Source: an uncultured Poribacteria bacterium (GTDB lineage: Bacteria > Poribacteria > WGA-4E > WGA-3G). From it: a stretch of 64,000 nucleotides of DNA. Below, in pieces: positions 1 to 9,000 of the stretch; within the stretch, counting starts at the first letter, position 1, and each line of letters opens with the position of its first letter. The position numbers were made by a program, and so were the translations under genes. The notes beneath the pieces are model-generated. The model was not told the DNA's origin. It did no database searches and saw nothing but the letters and a program-made list of their open reading frames with translations. The stretch is taken from the NCBI GenBank assembly GCA_958296135.2, contig CATQHZ020000001.1:4320001-4384000 (forward strand), given 5' to 3'.

Positions 1-991
1 GACAGGTTCGATGTATCTTCACTGCGATGCGGCCGCGAGCCACTATCTGAAAATCCTGATGGATGCAATTTTTGGTAGGGCGAATTTCGTCAATGAGATT
101 ATTTGGGGATATGGACTTGGTGGGAGTTCAAAGCGCGCCTTCTCCAAAAAACATGACGTTATTCTGTTCTACTCAAAGCGTCATGACTACTATTTTGAAA
201 AACCGACTATGCCCGCTACCAGCGCGATGCTGGGAAGCAAGGAGAAAGGGATGCTTGATTATTGGACAGACATTCCCTCCTTGAACAACATGGCAAAGGA
301 ACGCTTCGGATATCCGACGCAGAAGCCTATCGCCCTCTACCAGCGCATCATCGAAGCCTCCAGCAAAGAAGGCGATTTGGTGCTCGATCCGTTCTGTGGG
401 TGCGGCACAACGCTCCTCGCAGCGGAGAAACTGAACCGGCGTTGGCTCGGTATTGATTTGACGTACCTCGCCACGGGGGCCGTCACATTGCAGGTGGAGA
501 AATTTTTTCCACAACTGAAGGACAGCGTCACTGTCATCGGCACGCCGGAAAACGTGGAGACAACACTCCAACTTGCACGCGAAGCCCATGGTGCGTTTGA
601 GGCGTGGTGTATCACGCATGTGCTGAAGTTCACCTCCAATGCCAAGAAGGTAGCCGATGGTGGCATTGACGGAACGTATCGATTTCCCATCGGCAAGGTG
701 AAGGGCCACAGTGCCTACGGCAAAATGGTGGCGCAGGTGAAGGGCGGCAGTTATGGCCTTGGGCATATCCGTGAGTTCCGCACGGCGATGGCGAACGCGA
801 GCGCGGATTTAGGTATCTTTGTCGTCACGAAGCCGCCAAGCGATGACATGCTCACCGAGGCACGCCGGGCGAAGACATGGAAGCACCCGTTGTGGGAGAT
901 GGAATATCCGCGGGTGCAGATTTATGCCATTCAGGACTATTTTGCGGGCATTGAGCCGAAGGTTCCGGTGGGTGAACGGCGCGTGTTGTAA
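1..991 (+). CDS. Site-specific DNA methyltransferase (N4/N6 type) fused to a C-terminal Mrr-like restriction endonuclease domain; 5' end lies outside the window
   Basis: The frame is open from the window edge (TGSMYLHCD). It has the YPTQKP and DPFCGCGTT (FxGxG) methyltransferase motifs and a C-terminal DGGIDG...AQVKGG nuclease-like motif. Confidence 0.85.
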   Translation, partial: TGSMYLHCDAAASHYLKILMDAIFGRANFVNEIIWGYGLGGSSKRAFSKKHDVILFYSKRHDYYFEKPTMPATSAMLGSKEKGMLDYWTDIPSLNNMAKERFGYPTQKPIALYQRIIEASSKEGDLVLDPFCGCGTTLLAAEKLNRRWLGIDLTYLATGAVTLQVEKFFPQLKDSVTVIGTPENVETTLQLAREAHGAFEAWCITHVLKFTSNAKKVADGGIDGTYRFPIGKVKGHSAYGKMVAQVKGGSYGLGHIREFRTAMANASADLGIFVVTKPPSDDMLTEARRAKTWKHPLWEMEYPRVQIYAIQDYFAGIEPKVPVGERRVL

Positions 992-997
992 ATCGCG

Positions 998-1912
998 ATG
1001 ATGAAAACGAAACTCCTCTGCATCCTTGGCCCCACAGCCGTCGGCAAAACAGAAATAGCCATTGAAGTAGCGCAACGCCTCAACGCCGAAATCGTTTCCG
1101 TTGATTCCCGACAGATTTATCGGAAGATGGACATCGGCACGGCGAAGCCGATGCCGGCAGAGCAACTGGCAGCGCGACACCACCTCATTGATTGTGTTGA
1201 CATTGCGGAACCGTTCTCTGTCTCGGCGTATCAGACTCTGGCAGATGCCGCGATAACTGACATTCAGAGCCGGGATAAGCGCGTGATGCTGGTAGGCGGT
1301 GCGGGGCTCTATTTTCGGGCGATTGTCGATGGTTTGTTTGAAGGACCGGGGGCGGATGCGGCGATTCGGCGGCGGCTCCGGGAAGAAGCGGAACAGCACG
1401 GGTTAGATGCACTCCACGAACGTCTTCGTGCTTGCGATGCGGCATCTGCGGCGCGCATTCATCCGAACAATCTGGTGAAAGTCATCCGCGCGCTGGAGGT
1501 TTATGAACTCACCGGCACCCCGATTTCGCAGCTGCAACAGCAGTGGCATAACGAACCGCGGTATCCGTTCATCGCCTTCGGGCTGACGATGCCGCGGGAG
1601 CAGCTCTACCGGCGGATTGAACAGCGCGTTGATGTGATGATTGACGATGGGTTGATTGAAGAGGTGAAAGGGTTGCTCGCGCAGGGAGACTCTCGGAATT
1701 CCAACGCGCTCCAAAGTTTTGGATACAAAGAGCTCATCGCGTATCTGGATGGGACATGCACGTTAGACGCGGCAATAGCGCAGTTGAAGCAGAACACGCG
1801 CCGCTTTGCGAAACGGCAGTTGACGTGGTTCCGGCGCGATGCTCGCATTGAATGGATAGAACGGGTATCAACGGCGCAGGTTGTGGAGACACTTTCGTCC
1901 TGCATTCCGTAG
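998..1912 (+). CDS. miaA: tRNA dimethylallyltransferase
   Basis: GPTAVGKT P-loop, DSRQIYRKMDIGTAKP and TRRFAKRQLTWFR motifs. Confidence 0.97.
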   Translation: MMKTKLLCILGPTAVGKTEIAIEVAQRLNAEIVSVDSRQIYRKMDIGTAKPMPAEQLAARHHLIDCVDIAEPFSVSAYQTLADAAITDIQSRDKRVMLVGGAGLYFRAIVDGLFEGPGADAAIRRRLREEAEQHGLDALHERLRACDAASAARIHPNNLVKVIRALEVYELTGTPISQLQQQWHNEPRYPFIAFGLTMPREQLYRRIEQRVDVMIDDGLIEEVKGLLAQGDSRNSNALQSFGYKELIAYLDGTCTLDAAIAQLKQNTRRFAKRQLTWFRRDARIEWIERVSTAQVVETLSSCIP

Positions 1913-1943
1913 GGCGAGGGCCGTCACGCTCACGCCTACAGCT

Positions 1944-2075
1944 CAATGCCACATGATGATGCGTATCGCAATTGGCGCATACCAGGTCTAATTTGCGGCG
2001 AATTCGCCGGGCCATCGTCGCATCAAGACGCTCAAAGCCCTCTTCTGCCTCTGGTAGAATTATCAAGCGATACAT
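1944..2075 (-). pseudogene. Truncated RelE/ParE-family toxin, second copy
   Basis: MYRLIILPEAEEGFERLDATMARRIRRKLDLVCANCDTHHHVAL matches the first half of 2861-3118, then breaks into a GTAG palindrome at ~1909-1940. It has a TAATG overlap with the upstream gene. Confidence 0.75.
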
Positions 2076-2845
2076 TACCACCCCAACTTTTCCGCGAGTT
2101 CCTCCATCGTTATCCCTTTAATTTTTCCGGCTTTGTAATCCGCCATCTCCTGCTCGATTTCGGCTTCAACTTCTGGGGATAACTCAAATCCATCGTCCGG
2201 ATCGTAGTGATATGCCTCCAGGGCGAGTGCCAGCAGTTCATAAGCGACGAAGAACTCCCGAAACGCCAACTCCAATTGCTCGCGCGAAGGGGCCCCGGCC
2301 AGCAAGGCAACAACGCGTTCACGCACCACGAAGATTTCCTGCAGGACGAGCCTTCGGACGAGCGCGCGAAAGGCCTCTGGTGGCAACTCGGCTATCTTCT
2401 TCTCCGGCGCCACATCGCTGGCGAGATAGCATCCTGTCCGTCTAGCCCGGCGTTCCTCAAGCGTTGTCGTCCGATGGGCGAGGATATAGGCGCGGTGCCG
2501 CGCCAGTTTTTTGGCGAGGGGGGTGTGGGGCGCGAGGCCTTCCCCCGGGTCTGCCTCATAGTCATCTAGCCAAAAGGCGATACTTTCATAGCCGCAGAAA
2601 AATGCGCGGAATTCCGTCGCGAGCGGCGATTCGGGAATCGGCACGCCGCCTATCGGCCGGAGCAGCGCGCCGGGTTCGACGTGAAAGGCGGCTGGAGTGA
2701 CAGCATGCTCATCGTAGCGGGCTGAGCCCGGGTCTTTCAGCAGCTCAATGAGCCGTTCGCGCGAGTCAAAAAAGGCTTCCGCCTCGGTGACTCGCTGGAG
2801 CAGTTCGCGTAAGTCGTCTGTGGACATGTCGCCTAATTTTTTCAT
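2075..2845 (-). CDS. Long putative antitoxin (copy A) with an uncharacterised N-terminal region and a C-terminal antitoxin-like helix
   Basis: GGAGG RBS precedes the ATG at 2845. It is translationally coupled to a RelE-like gene and nearly identical to 3106-3894 except for the last ~27 aa. Confidence 0.65.
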   Translation of the reverse strand: MKKLGDMSTDDLRELLQRVTEAEAFFDSRERLIELLKDPGSARYDEHAVTPAAFHVEPGALLRPIGGVPIPESPLATEFRAFFCGYESIAFWLDDYEADPGEGLAPHTPLAKKLARHRAYILAHRTTTLEERRARRTGCYLASDVAPEKKIAELPPEAFRALVRRLVLQEIFVVRERVVALLAGAPSREQLELAFREFFVAYELLALALEAYHYDPDDGFELSPEVEAEIEQEMADYKAGKIKGITMEELAEKLGW

Positions 2846-2860
2846 CTTGTCCTCCAATAC

Positions 2861-3118
2861 TTATGAATAGACTTTGCTTCGATGGTTGACTCGGTGGACG
2901 GTAATTTCTCTGGTTCCCTTATTGAAGGAATAAACAGCGCGGTAATCTTGCACTCTCAAGCGGAACCTGCCCCGGTCTTTGCCTTTCAATGCCACATGAC
3001 GATGCGTATCGCAATTGGCGCATACCAGGTCCAATTCGCTGAGAATGTGCTTGCGGATGGTGGCATCTAACCGTCGCAGCCTCCTTCGGGCGCGTGGCTT
3101 GAACTCTAACGTGTACAT
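2861..3118 (-). CDS. RelE/ParE-family toxin
   Basis: 85-aa basic protein, MYTLEFKPRA...FRLRVQDYRAVY...VNHRSKVY, with the typical RelE pattern. Confidence 0.85.
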   Translation of the reverse strand: MYTLEFKPRARRRLRRLDATIRKHILSELDLVCANCDTHRHVALKGKDRGRFRLRVQDYRAVYSFNKGTREITVHRVNHRSKVYS

Positions 3119-3894
3119 TTCAACGAGTACCCAAATTCCTTCGCGATTTCCTCAAATGGGATAAGTTTTGCGGTTCCAGCCTTAATCGCCGCATCCTCCT
3201 CGTCAATTTCAGCTTCAACTTCTGGGGATAACTCAAATCCATCGTCCGGATCGTAGTGATATGCCTCCAGGGCGAGTGCCAGCAGTTCATAAGCGACGAA
3301 GAACTCCCGAAACGCTAACTCCAATTGCTCGCGCGAAGGGGCCCCGGCCAGCAAGGCGACAACGCGTTCACGCACCACGAAGATTTCCTGCAGGACGAGC
3401 CTTCGGACGAGCGCGCGAAAGGCCTCTGGTGGCAACTCGGCTATCTTCTTCTCCGGCGCCACATCGCTGGCGAGATAGCATCCTGTCCGTCTAGCCCGGC
3501 GTTCCTCAAGCGTTGTTGTCCGATGGGCGAGGATATAGTCGCGGTGCCGCGCCAGTTTTTTGGCGAGGGGGGTGTGGGGCGCGAGGCCTTCCCCCGGGTC
3601 TGCCTCATAGTCATCTAGCCAAAAGGCGATACTTTCATAGCCGCAGAAAAATGCGCGGAATTCCGTCGCGAGCGGCGATTCGGGAATCGGCACGCCGCCT
3701 ATCGGCCGGAGCAGCGCGCCGGGTTCGACGTGAAAGGCGGCTGGAGTGACAGCATGCTCATCGTAGCGGGCTGAGCCCGGGTCTTTCAGCAGCTCAATGA
3801 GCCGTTCGCGCGAGTCAAAAAAGGCTTCCGCCTCGGTGACTCGCTGGAGCAGTTCGCGTAAGTCGTCTGTGGACATGTCGCCTAATTTTTTCAT
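3106..3894 (-). CDS. Long putative antitoxin (copy B)
   Basis: Overlaps the start of the RelE gene and has an acidic C-terminus (EAEIDEEDAAIKAG). It is a duplicate of copy A. Confidence 0.65.
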   Translation of the reverse strand: MKKLGDMSTDDLRELLQRVTEAEAFFDSRERLIELLKDPGSARYDEHAVTPAAFHVEPGALLRPIGGVPIPESPLATEFRAFFCGYESIAFWLDDYEADPGEGLAPHTPLAKKLARHRDYILAHRTTTLEERRARRTGCYLASDVAPEKKIAELPPEAFRALVRRLVLQEIFVVRERVVALLAGAPSREQLELAFREFFVAYELLALALEAYHYDPDDGFELSPEVEAEIDEEDAAIKAGTAKLIPFEEIAKEFGYSLKCTR

Positions 3895-4028
3895 CTTGTC
3901 CTCCTATGATGGTGCGATGTGGCCGCACCAGAAACCGAGTCATCGACAACGTCGATGACAGATGACGTAAAGAACCGTTATTGCCCCAGAGCCGTATACG
4001 AACGCCTCGCGAACAACAAAAATGTCAA

Positions 4029-6260
4029 TCACATTTCCACAGAAAATCCTAAAAACGGTTCTTCGCTTCGGAGCACCGCCCATCCCTTTTCTGTCAAGCG
4101 CAGACTTCCGTGCTGTGCGTCCCTCACCAACAGTTTCTGTTGGATGAATTGTTGGATGAGATAGTTCCACTGCGCTGCGCTATACTCCATGCCGATGCCG
4201 TAGGTAGAGAGTTTATCGTGTCCATTTCCAAGAACTTTTTTCGCCCTTGAACCGCGTAGCACACTGATAAGATGCGAACCACCGAAAAGTTCCCCGGTCC
4301 GATAAACACAAGAGAGGAACTTCTGCGCCGGCATCGTCAGATTGATGCGTTCTTCGTGTGCGCGGAGGCAGTTGTCGCATGTGCCGCAATTGGCTTGTTC
4401 GTATTGTTCTCCGAAATAGGCTAACAATTCTTTGCGGCGGCACGCCGGTGAAGTCGCCCAATTGACGAGCGTATTCAACCGTTCTATCCGTCCTGTCCGT
4501 TCACTCGGCGCGCCTTCATCAATGAAATGGTGGATAGTATCCACATCGCCGTAACTGAAGAGCAGCAGGCAGTCGGCCCGTTGCCCATCGCGCCCTGCGC
4601 GGCCGATTTCCTGATAGTAAGACTCCGGCTCCTTCGGCAAGCCTGCATGGAGAACGAAGCGGACATCGGGTTTATCGATGCCCATTCCGAAGGCAATCGT
4701 CGCGATGATGACTCGGATGTCGCTGTTGATGAAAGCGTCCTGATGCTGCGCGCGGGTGTTGCTATCCAAGTCTGCGTGATAAGGGAGTGCCTTCATCCCG
4801 TAGGTGCCTAAATTGTGGCACAGCGACGCGACCTGTTTTTTTGTCTGGCAGTAGATAATGCCAGATTCCCCGTGGTGCGCATTGAGAAACGCAAGCGTCT
4901 GCCGGAGCAACTCAACTTTCGGTTCCACGGCGATGAAGAGATTCTGCCGGTCGAAACTGGCGATGAACAGGTTTTCCGCCTGCAATCGGAGCAGCTGCGT
5001 GATGTCCGCTTGCACCCTCGGCGTGGCGGTTGCAGTCATCGCAACGCAGACAGCATTCGGGAACCGTTCGCGCACCGAAACGAGTTGTCGATACTCCGGC
5101 CGGAAATCGTGCCCCCACTGCGAGATACAGTGCGCCTCGTCAATCGCGAGGCACGCGACATGGGCTGCGTCAAGCATCAGCAGGATTTCATGGCGCACGA
5201 GGGTCTCGGGCGCGACATAGAGCAGCTTGATTTCGCCGCGTTTGACCTGGCGCATCGTGTCAACGTAAGCGTCATAGTTCAGCGTGCTGTTGAGAAAAGC
5301 GGCAGGGATGCCTCTCTGTTGCAGCTGCATCACCTGGTCCTGCATGAGTGAGATAAGTGGCGAAACGACGACAGATACGCCCTCAAAAATGAGTGCGGGC
5401 AGTTGATAGCAAAGCGACTTTCCGCCGCCTGTCGGTAGCACAATCAATGCGTCGCGCTGTTTGAGGATATGGGTGATGATTTCTTCTTGCAATGGCCGGA
5501 AGTCGTCGTGTCCGAAGACGCGCTTGAGAAATTGACGTGGCGTTTGAGGCGCGGGCATGTCATCCCGCGGGCGTTGAGACTGGGAGGTTTCTCCTACCGG
5601 CGCAGAAAAGCGAGACTGGGAGGGCTCTCCTATAGGTTTTTCCGCTGCCAAAAACCAGCCGGAAATCTGCGCGCGGCACCGTTCCTCATCATCCTGTCTA
5701 TCTGTCGGTTTCCACCACTGAGCAAGTGATACGCGCACGAGCGTGTCAGCAGGGATGGTTTCCAACGGTTCTTCAAAACCGACGAATGTGAGCGTGCAAC
5801 CGCCATCGTCCGTGGGGTAGCGATACCGGACGCGTCGTCCCTCCGTATCACGAGTGAGCTCCTTGTCGGGCCGCCAAAACGTTGTGCTATAGGGCGGGAT
5901 GCCGCGCTGCTTGGCGATGTAAAGCGCGCCGCTGCCGGTTTTCTGTAAGAGTCCTTCGTAGAGTTCGCGCGGGTGCCCGATTTTGGGAGGCATCAACAGT
6001 TCAATGGCACTTTCCAATTCTGTTACGGTGAGGAGGTGCTGCTTCTCAGACACGATGATGTTTTCATAATGCGGCGGAATCAGGGCGGTTGCAGGTTTGG
6101 CGGCAATCTCCCAGAGTGTGCCTACCTCATATTCGCGATTCGCGCCGTCGTGCGGCTCGGCGTTGGAGGGGATGAGCCGCACACTCTCGCCTTGCTCGGT
6201 AATCGCGCCGATGCACGCGCCGCCGCCCATCCGCGTCTTCGCAACAATTAGCACTCTCAT
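4029..6260 (-). CDS. recQ: RecQ DNA helicase with an N-terminal ~205-aa extra domain (dual-OB-like) and no obvious HRDC domain
   Basis: PTGGGKS, DEAHCISQWGHDFRPEY and QEIGRAGRDG helicase motifs, Zn-binding CRR...CGTCDNC and an RQC region. The N-terminal MRVLIVAKTRM...CIGA...VRL region is unrelated to RecQ. Confidence 0.88.
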   Translation of the reverse strand: MRVLIVAKTRMGGGACIGAITEQGESVRLIPSNAEPHDGANREYEVGTLWEIAAKPATALIPPHYENIIVSEKQHLLTVTELESAIELLMPPKIGHPRELYEGLLQKTGSGALYIAKQRGIPPYSTTFWRPDKELTRDTEGRRVRYRYPTDDGGCTLTFVGFEEPLETIPADTLVRVSLAQWWKPTDRQDDEERCRAQISGWFLAAEKPIGEPSQSRFSAPVGETSQSQRPRDDMPAPQTPRQFLKRVFGHDDFRPLQEEIITHILKQRDALIVLPTGGGKSLCYQLPALIFEGVSVVVSPLISLMQDQVMQLQQRGIPAAFLNSTLNYDAYVDTMRQVKRGEIKLLYVAPETLVRHEILLMLDAAHVACLAIDEAHCISQWGHDFRPEYRQLVSVRERFPNAVCVAMTATATPRVQADITQLLRLQAENLFIASFDRQNLFIAVEPKVELLRQTLAFLNAHHGESGIIYCQTKKQVASLCHNLGTYGMKALPYHADLDSNTRAQHQDAFINSDIRVIIATIAFGMGIDKPDVRFVLHAGLPKEPESYYQEIGRAGRDGQRADCLLLFSYGDVDTIHHFIDEGAPSERTGRIERLNTLVNWATSPACRRKELLAYFGEQYEQANCGTCDNCLRAHEERINLTMPAQKFLSCVYRTGELFGGSHLISVLRGSRAKKVLGNGHDKLSTYGIGMEYSAAQWNYLIQQFIQQKLLVRDAQHGSLRLTEKGWAVLRSEEPFLGFSVEM

Positions 6261-6748
6261 GGGACAATATCCTCAACTTCTAGGCCAAGTTCTGTCGCCA
6301 GTTTCGCCGCGACGAGCGAACGGTGGCATGCCGCCGGTTCCCTTTCAACGCAAAAGAGCGCGATGACTTGGGCATCGGATTCTAGTTCATCTAACAAACT
6401 TTGCGGTTCAAAATGCGCGAGACATTCGGTGTGGTATGCCTCAATAAACGCCTCTCCCAATGTTGTGCGTTCGCGCTTGGCGGTTTTCGTCGCTTTATCC
6501 GCAGCCGTCTGCTTGTCGCGAACGGCTTTCGTCGGCGCGAGTGCTTTGCAGTGGCGGTAGCGGATGCCGAGTGCCAAAAGTCGTGCTTGCAACCGTTGGC
6601 TGTTGGCGAATGCGTAAGTCGCGCCGCGCACGCCGCGCCGGCTGCGGATATCGCAGAAGGTATCTACGTTTGCTGCTTGCAAGGCATTAAAGAAACTTTC
6701 CGCGTCGAATCCGTATACGCCGATGGTGATAATTTTGGGGGTTTTCAT
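6257..6748 (-). CDS. DUF488-family protein
   Basis: IITIG, CDIRSR and LFCVERE..ACHR motifs. The likely start is MKTPK at 6748; the stop overlaps the recQ start (ATGA). Confidence 0.8.
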   Translation of the reverse strand: MKTPKIITIGVYGFDAESFFNALQAANVDTFCDIRSRRGVRGATYAFANSQRLQARLLALGIRYRHCKALAPTKAVRDKQTAADKATKTAKRERTTLGEAFIEAYHTECLAHFEPQSLLDELESDAQVIALFCVEREPAACHRSLVAAKLATELGLEVEDIVP

Positions 6749-6788
6749 CAATATTTTTTCGTGTTCGGGCGGATAGAGACAGCCGCCC

Positions 6789-7340
6789 TTACGAATATCG
6801 CTTGCGCGAGTGGAACGTCTCCTCGCCAAACAGCGGCAGTTGTCCTCCTGTCAGCCGCTCAATGATTTGCTCCTGCGTCTGCAGTTCGTCATTTTCATCG
6901 ATGTGACGCACCAGAATATCCGCTGCAGTCAGCGTCGCGCCGATGAGTTTGCTGCGATGGCAGTTCTCCGGCTTCCCTTCGCTACATAGGAGGACAACGC
7001 GGCGTTGCTGCGCGAAAGCGCTGCGGAGGCGCTCGATACCGCGCTGATAGTCCGCCGTCGCCTTCACCTGCTCGTAGTCAACTTTTCCGTTCACGTAACA
7101 CGCTGCGTCATCGGGGTGCCCGCCGAGGGTATCGCCCATGAAAATGTAGCGAATCCCGTGCCGTTGCAGTTCCGCTGCCAGAGCCGCTTTGGCAAACGCC
7201 GGTTTATAGCGCGAATAAGGCGCGGAACGCACGTCAATGAGATAGGCAATCTCGTGCCGACGTAACACCTCTATGAACACTTCGATCGGACGGCTGCCGT
7301 AGCCGATGGTATAAATGGGGATGGCTGCTTGCTTTTCCAT
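6789..7340 (-). CDS. DUF488-family protein
   Basis: IYTIGYG, LIDVRSAPYSRY, LGG and LLCSEGKPENCHR motifs. Confidence 0.88.
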   Translation of the reverse strand: MEKQAAIPIYTIGYGSRPIEVFIEVLRRHEIAYLIDVRSAPYSRYKPAFAKAALAAELQRHGIRYIFMGDTLGGHPDDAACYVNGKVDYEQVKATADYQRGIERLRSAFAQQRRVVLLCSEGKPENCHRSKLIGATLTAADILVRHIDENDELQTQEQIIERLTGGQLPLFGEETFHSRKRYS

Positions 7341-7474
7341 GATAACCTATATTACCACATCGCCCGCGAAAAAGCAATCAAAATATTCCTTGCGATTTTG
7401 TGCAGAATTTGTTATACTATCACAAACAAAAAGAACATTTTCATCAACATTTTGTCTAACCCAAGGGAGAACCC

Positions 7475-8155
7475 ATGAAAGAGAGTTTGCAGAACATCGG
7501 CGATCTCATCGCGGAACCGAGTGCGGCGTTTGGACGCATCAAATCTGCACCGAAGTGGGGTGTCGCTTTTGTCGTCTTCTATCTGTTTTCTGTCCTGCTT
7601 GGATGGGCAGTCGCGCCGTATTCCGCTGCGCTTATCGCCGAACAAATGTCACAAAGCGAACTGTCGCCGCAAGAACGTCAGGCTGCTGAGACGATAACGG
7701 GTGTCTTCAAGACAGTCGGCCTGTTTCTCTGGCCGATTTTCATGATGCTGTGGTTCCTCTTATACAGTGCTATCCTCAAACTCGCGGCGCGTTTTGGTAA
7801 CAACGATTCCCTGTCCTTTCGGCACATCTATGCCGCTGTCGTGCATACGGCACTGATTGGTTGCGTGATTGCCCTCGTCAACACGGCTCTGCTGCTCCTG
7901 TTCCGAGACGTTGCGGATGTGAAAAACGCCGCGGATATGAAAATGATACCGGGCTTGCACATGCTGTTCGGTTCACTTGAGAATGTGAGACTGATGACGT
8001 TTCTGAGTCATATCAATCCGTTAAGCGTGTGGGTAATCGCCGTGACGGCCATCGCCGTAGCCGTGCTTGCCGATGTAGAGAAAACCAGGGCCCGGCTCGC
8101 GGCGGTAATCATCTGGCTCATTGGTATTATGGCTGACGTGCTCTTTCTCTCTTAA
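7475..8155 (+). CDS. Yip1-family membrane protein
   Basis: Starts 'LIAEPSAAFGRIK..PKW' and has about five transmembrane segments. Confidence 0.7.
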   Translation: MKESLQNIGDLIAEPSAAFGRIKSAPKWGVAFVVFYLFSVLLGWAVAPYSAALIAEQMSQSELSPQERQAAETITGVFKTVGLFLWPIFMMLWFLLYSAILKLAARFGNNDSLSFRHIYAAVVHTALIGCVIALVNTALLLLFRDVADVKNAADMKMIPGLHMLFGSLENVRLMTFLSHINPLSVWVIAVTAIAVAVLADVEKTRARLAAVIIWLIGIMADVLFLS

Positions 8156-8195
8156 CTTCTGCCGGTAGGAGAACTCTCTTGAGCGTGAGAAATTC

Positions 8196-8867
8196 ATGAA
8201 AGAAAGTTGGCAAAACATCAAGCACCTCTTCGTTGCGCCGAGTGCGACGTTTGCGCGGCTCAAAATCGAACCGAAGTGGGGCATGGCACTCATCCTCTTT
8301 TGTCTGCTGCAAGTTGGAGTGACTTGGGCGGCGGCACCGTTTACGGAACGCCTCATTTCCCTCGGCCTGGCAAGGGAGCGTATGCCGCGCTATCTGATTG
8401 AAGAGGTGGCACCGATTATTGGCCATTTTGTGCTCTTGTTCTCCCTGATTGTGCCACTTATCGCGATAGTGGTGCTCAGCGCGATACTTACCTTCGCGGC
8501 GCGAATTTTCAGGGTGGATGCCGCCGTCCGGTTTCGGCATATCTATGCAAGTCTCACACATGCAGTGCTCATTCCGACGCTCGTCTATTTCGTGAATACG
8601 GCGTTTGTTCCGGTGCTGAGAGGCATTGAGAATGTCTGGACACCAGTAGATATGCAGATAGTCCCGGGGTTGCATCTATTAAGTTCTAGCGAGAACATGC
8701 AACTGCTAATGTTTCTGAGCCACTTCAATCCGTTAAGCATCTGGCCTGTCGCCGTTTTGACAATTGCTGTCTCGGTTCTTGCCGACACCGGGAAGATAAC
8801 GGCATGTTTTGGCGCGATACCTATCTGGTTGTCGGGTGTTGCCCTGGAGCTGCTCGTTTTTAGATAG
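8196..8867 (+). CDS. Yip1-family membrane protein (tandem paralogue)
   Basis: Shares MKES.QNI, PGLH.L and FLSH.NPLS.W with the upstream gene. Confidence 0.7.
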   Translation: MKESWQNIKHLFVAPSATFARLKIEPKWGMALILFCLLQVGVTWAAAPFTERLISLGLARERMPRYLIEEVAPIIGHFVLLFSLIVPLIAIVVLSAILTFAARIFRVDAAVRFRHIYASLTHAVLIPTLVYFVNTAFVPVLRGIENVWTPVDMQIVPGLHLLSSSENMQLLMFLSHFNPLSIWPVAVLTIAVSVLADTGKITACFGAIPIWLSGVALELLVFR

Positions 8868-9000
8868 GGAGGAAAACCCCCTTTGGAAGTCGCGCTTGGA
8901 AAGCGTGCCTACGGGATTTGCTCAGCGTCCGTCCTATGTCCATCCTATGTCGATTGTCGATAGCAGGGACGAGTTCCTGAGCGCGATGGAGGAAATCGCA

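Larger units (their letters stand above)
1944..3904. repeat. ~1.05-kb tandem duplication of the toxin-antitoxin locus
   Basis: ~2157-2855 is nearly identical to ~3206-3904 (offset 1049). 1944-1988 matches 2987-3031. Confidence 0.95.

Noticed and set aside
8809-9000. N-terminal extension of the 1213-aa ORF (and similar extensions of pheS, the GlmL-like, HDAC and second DUF488 ORFs)
   Set aside because: The extensions overlap upstream genes or run through intergenic sequence and palindromes. More plausible starts lie downstream.
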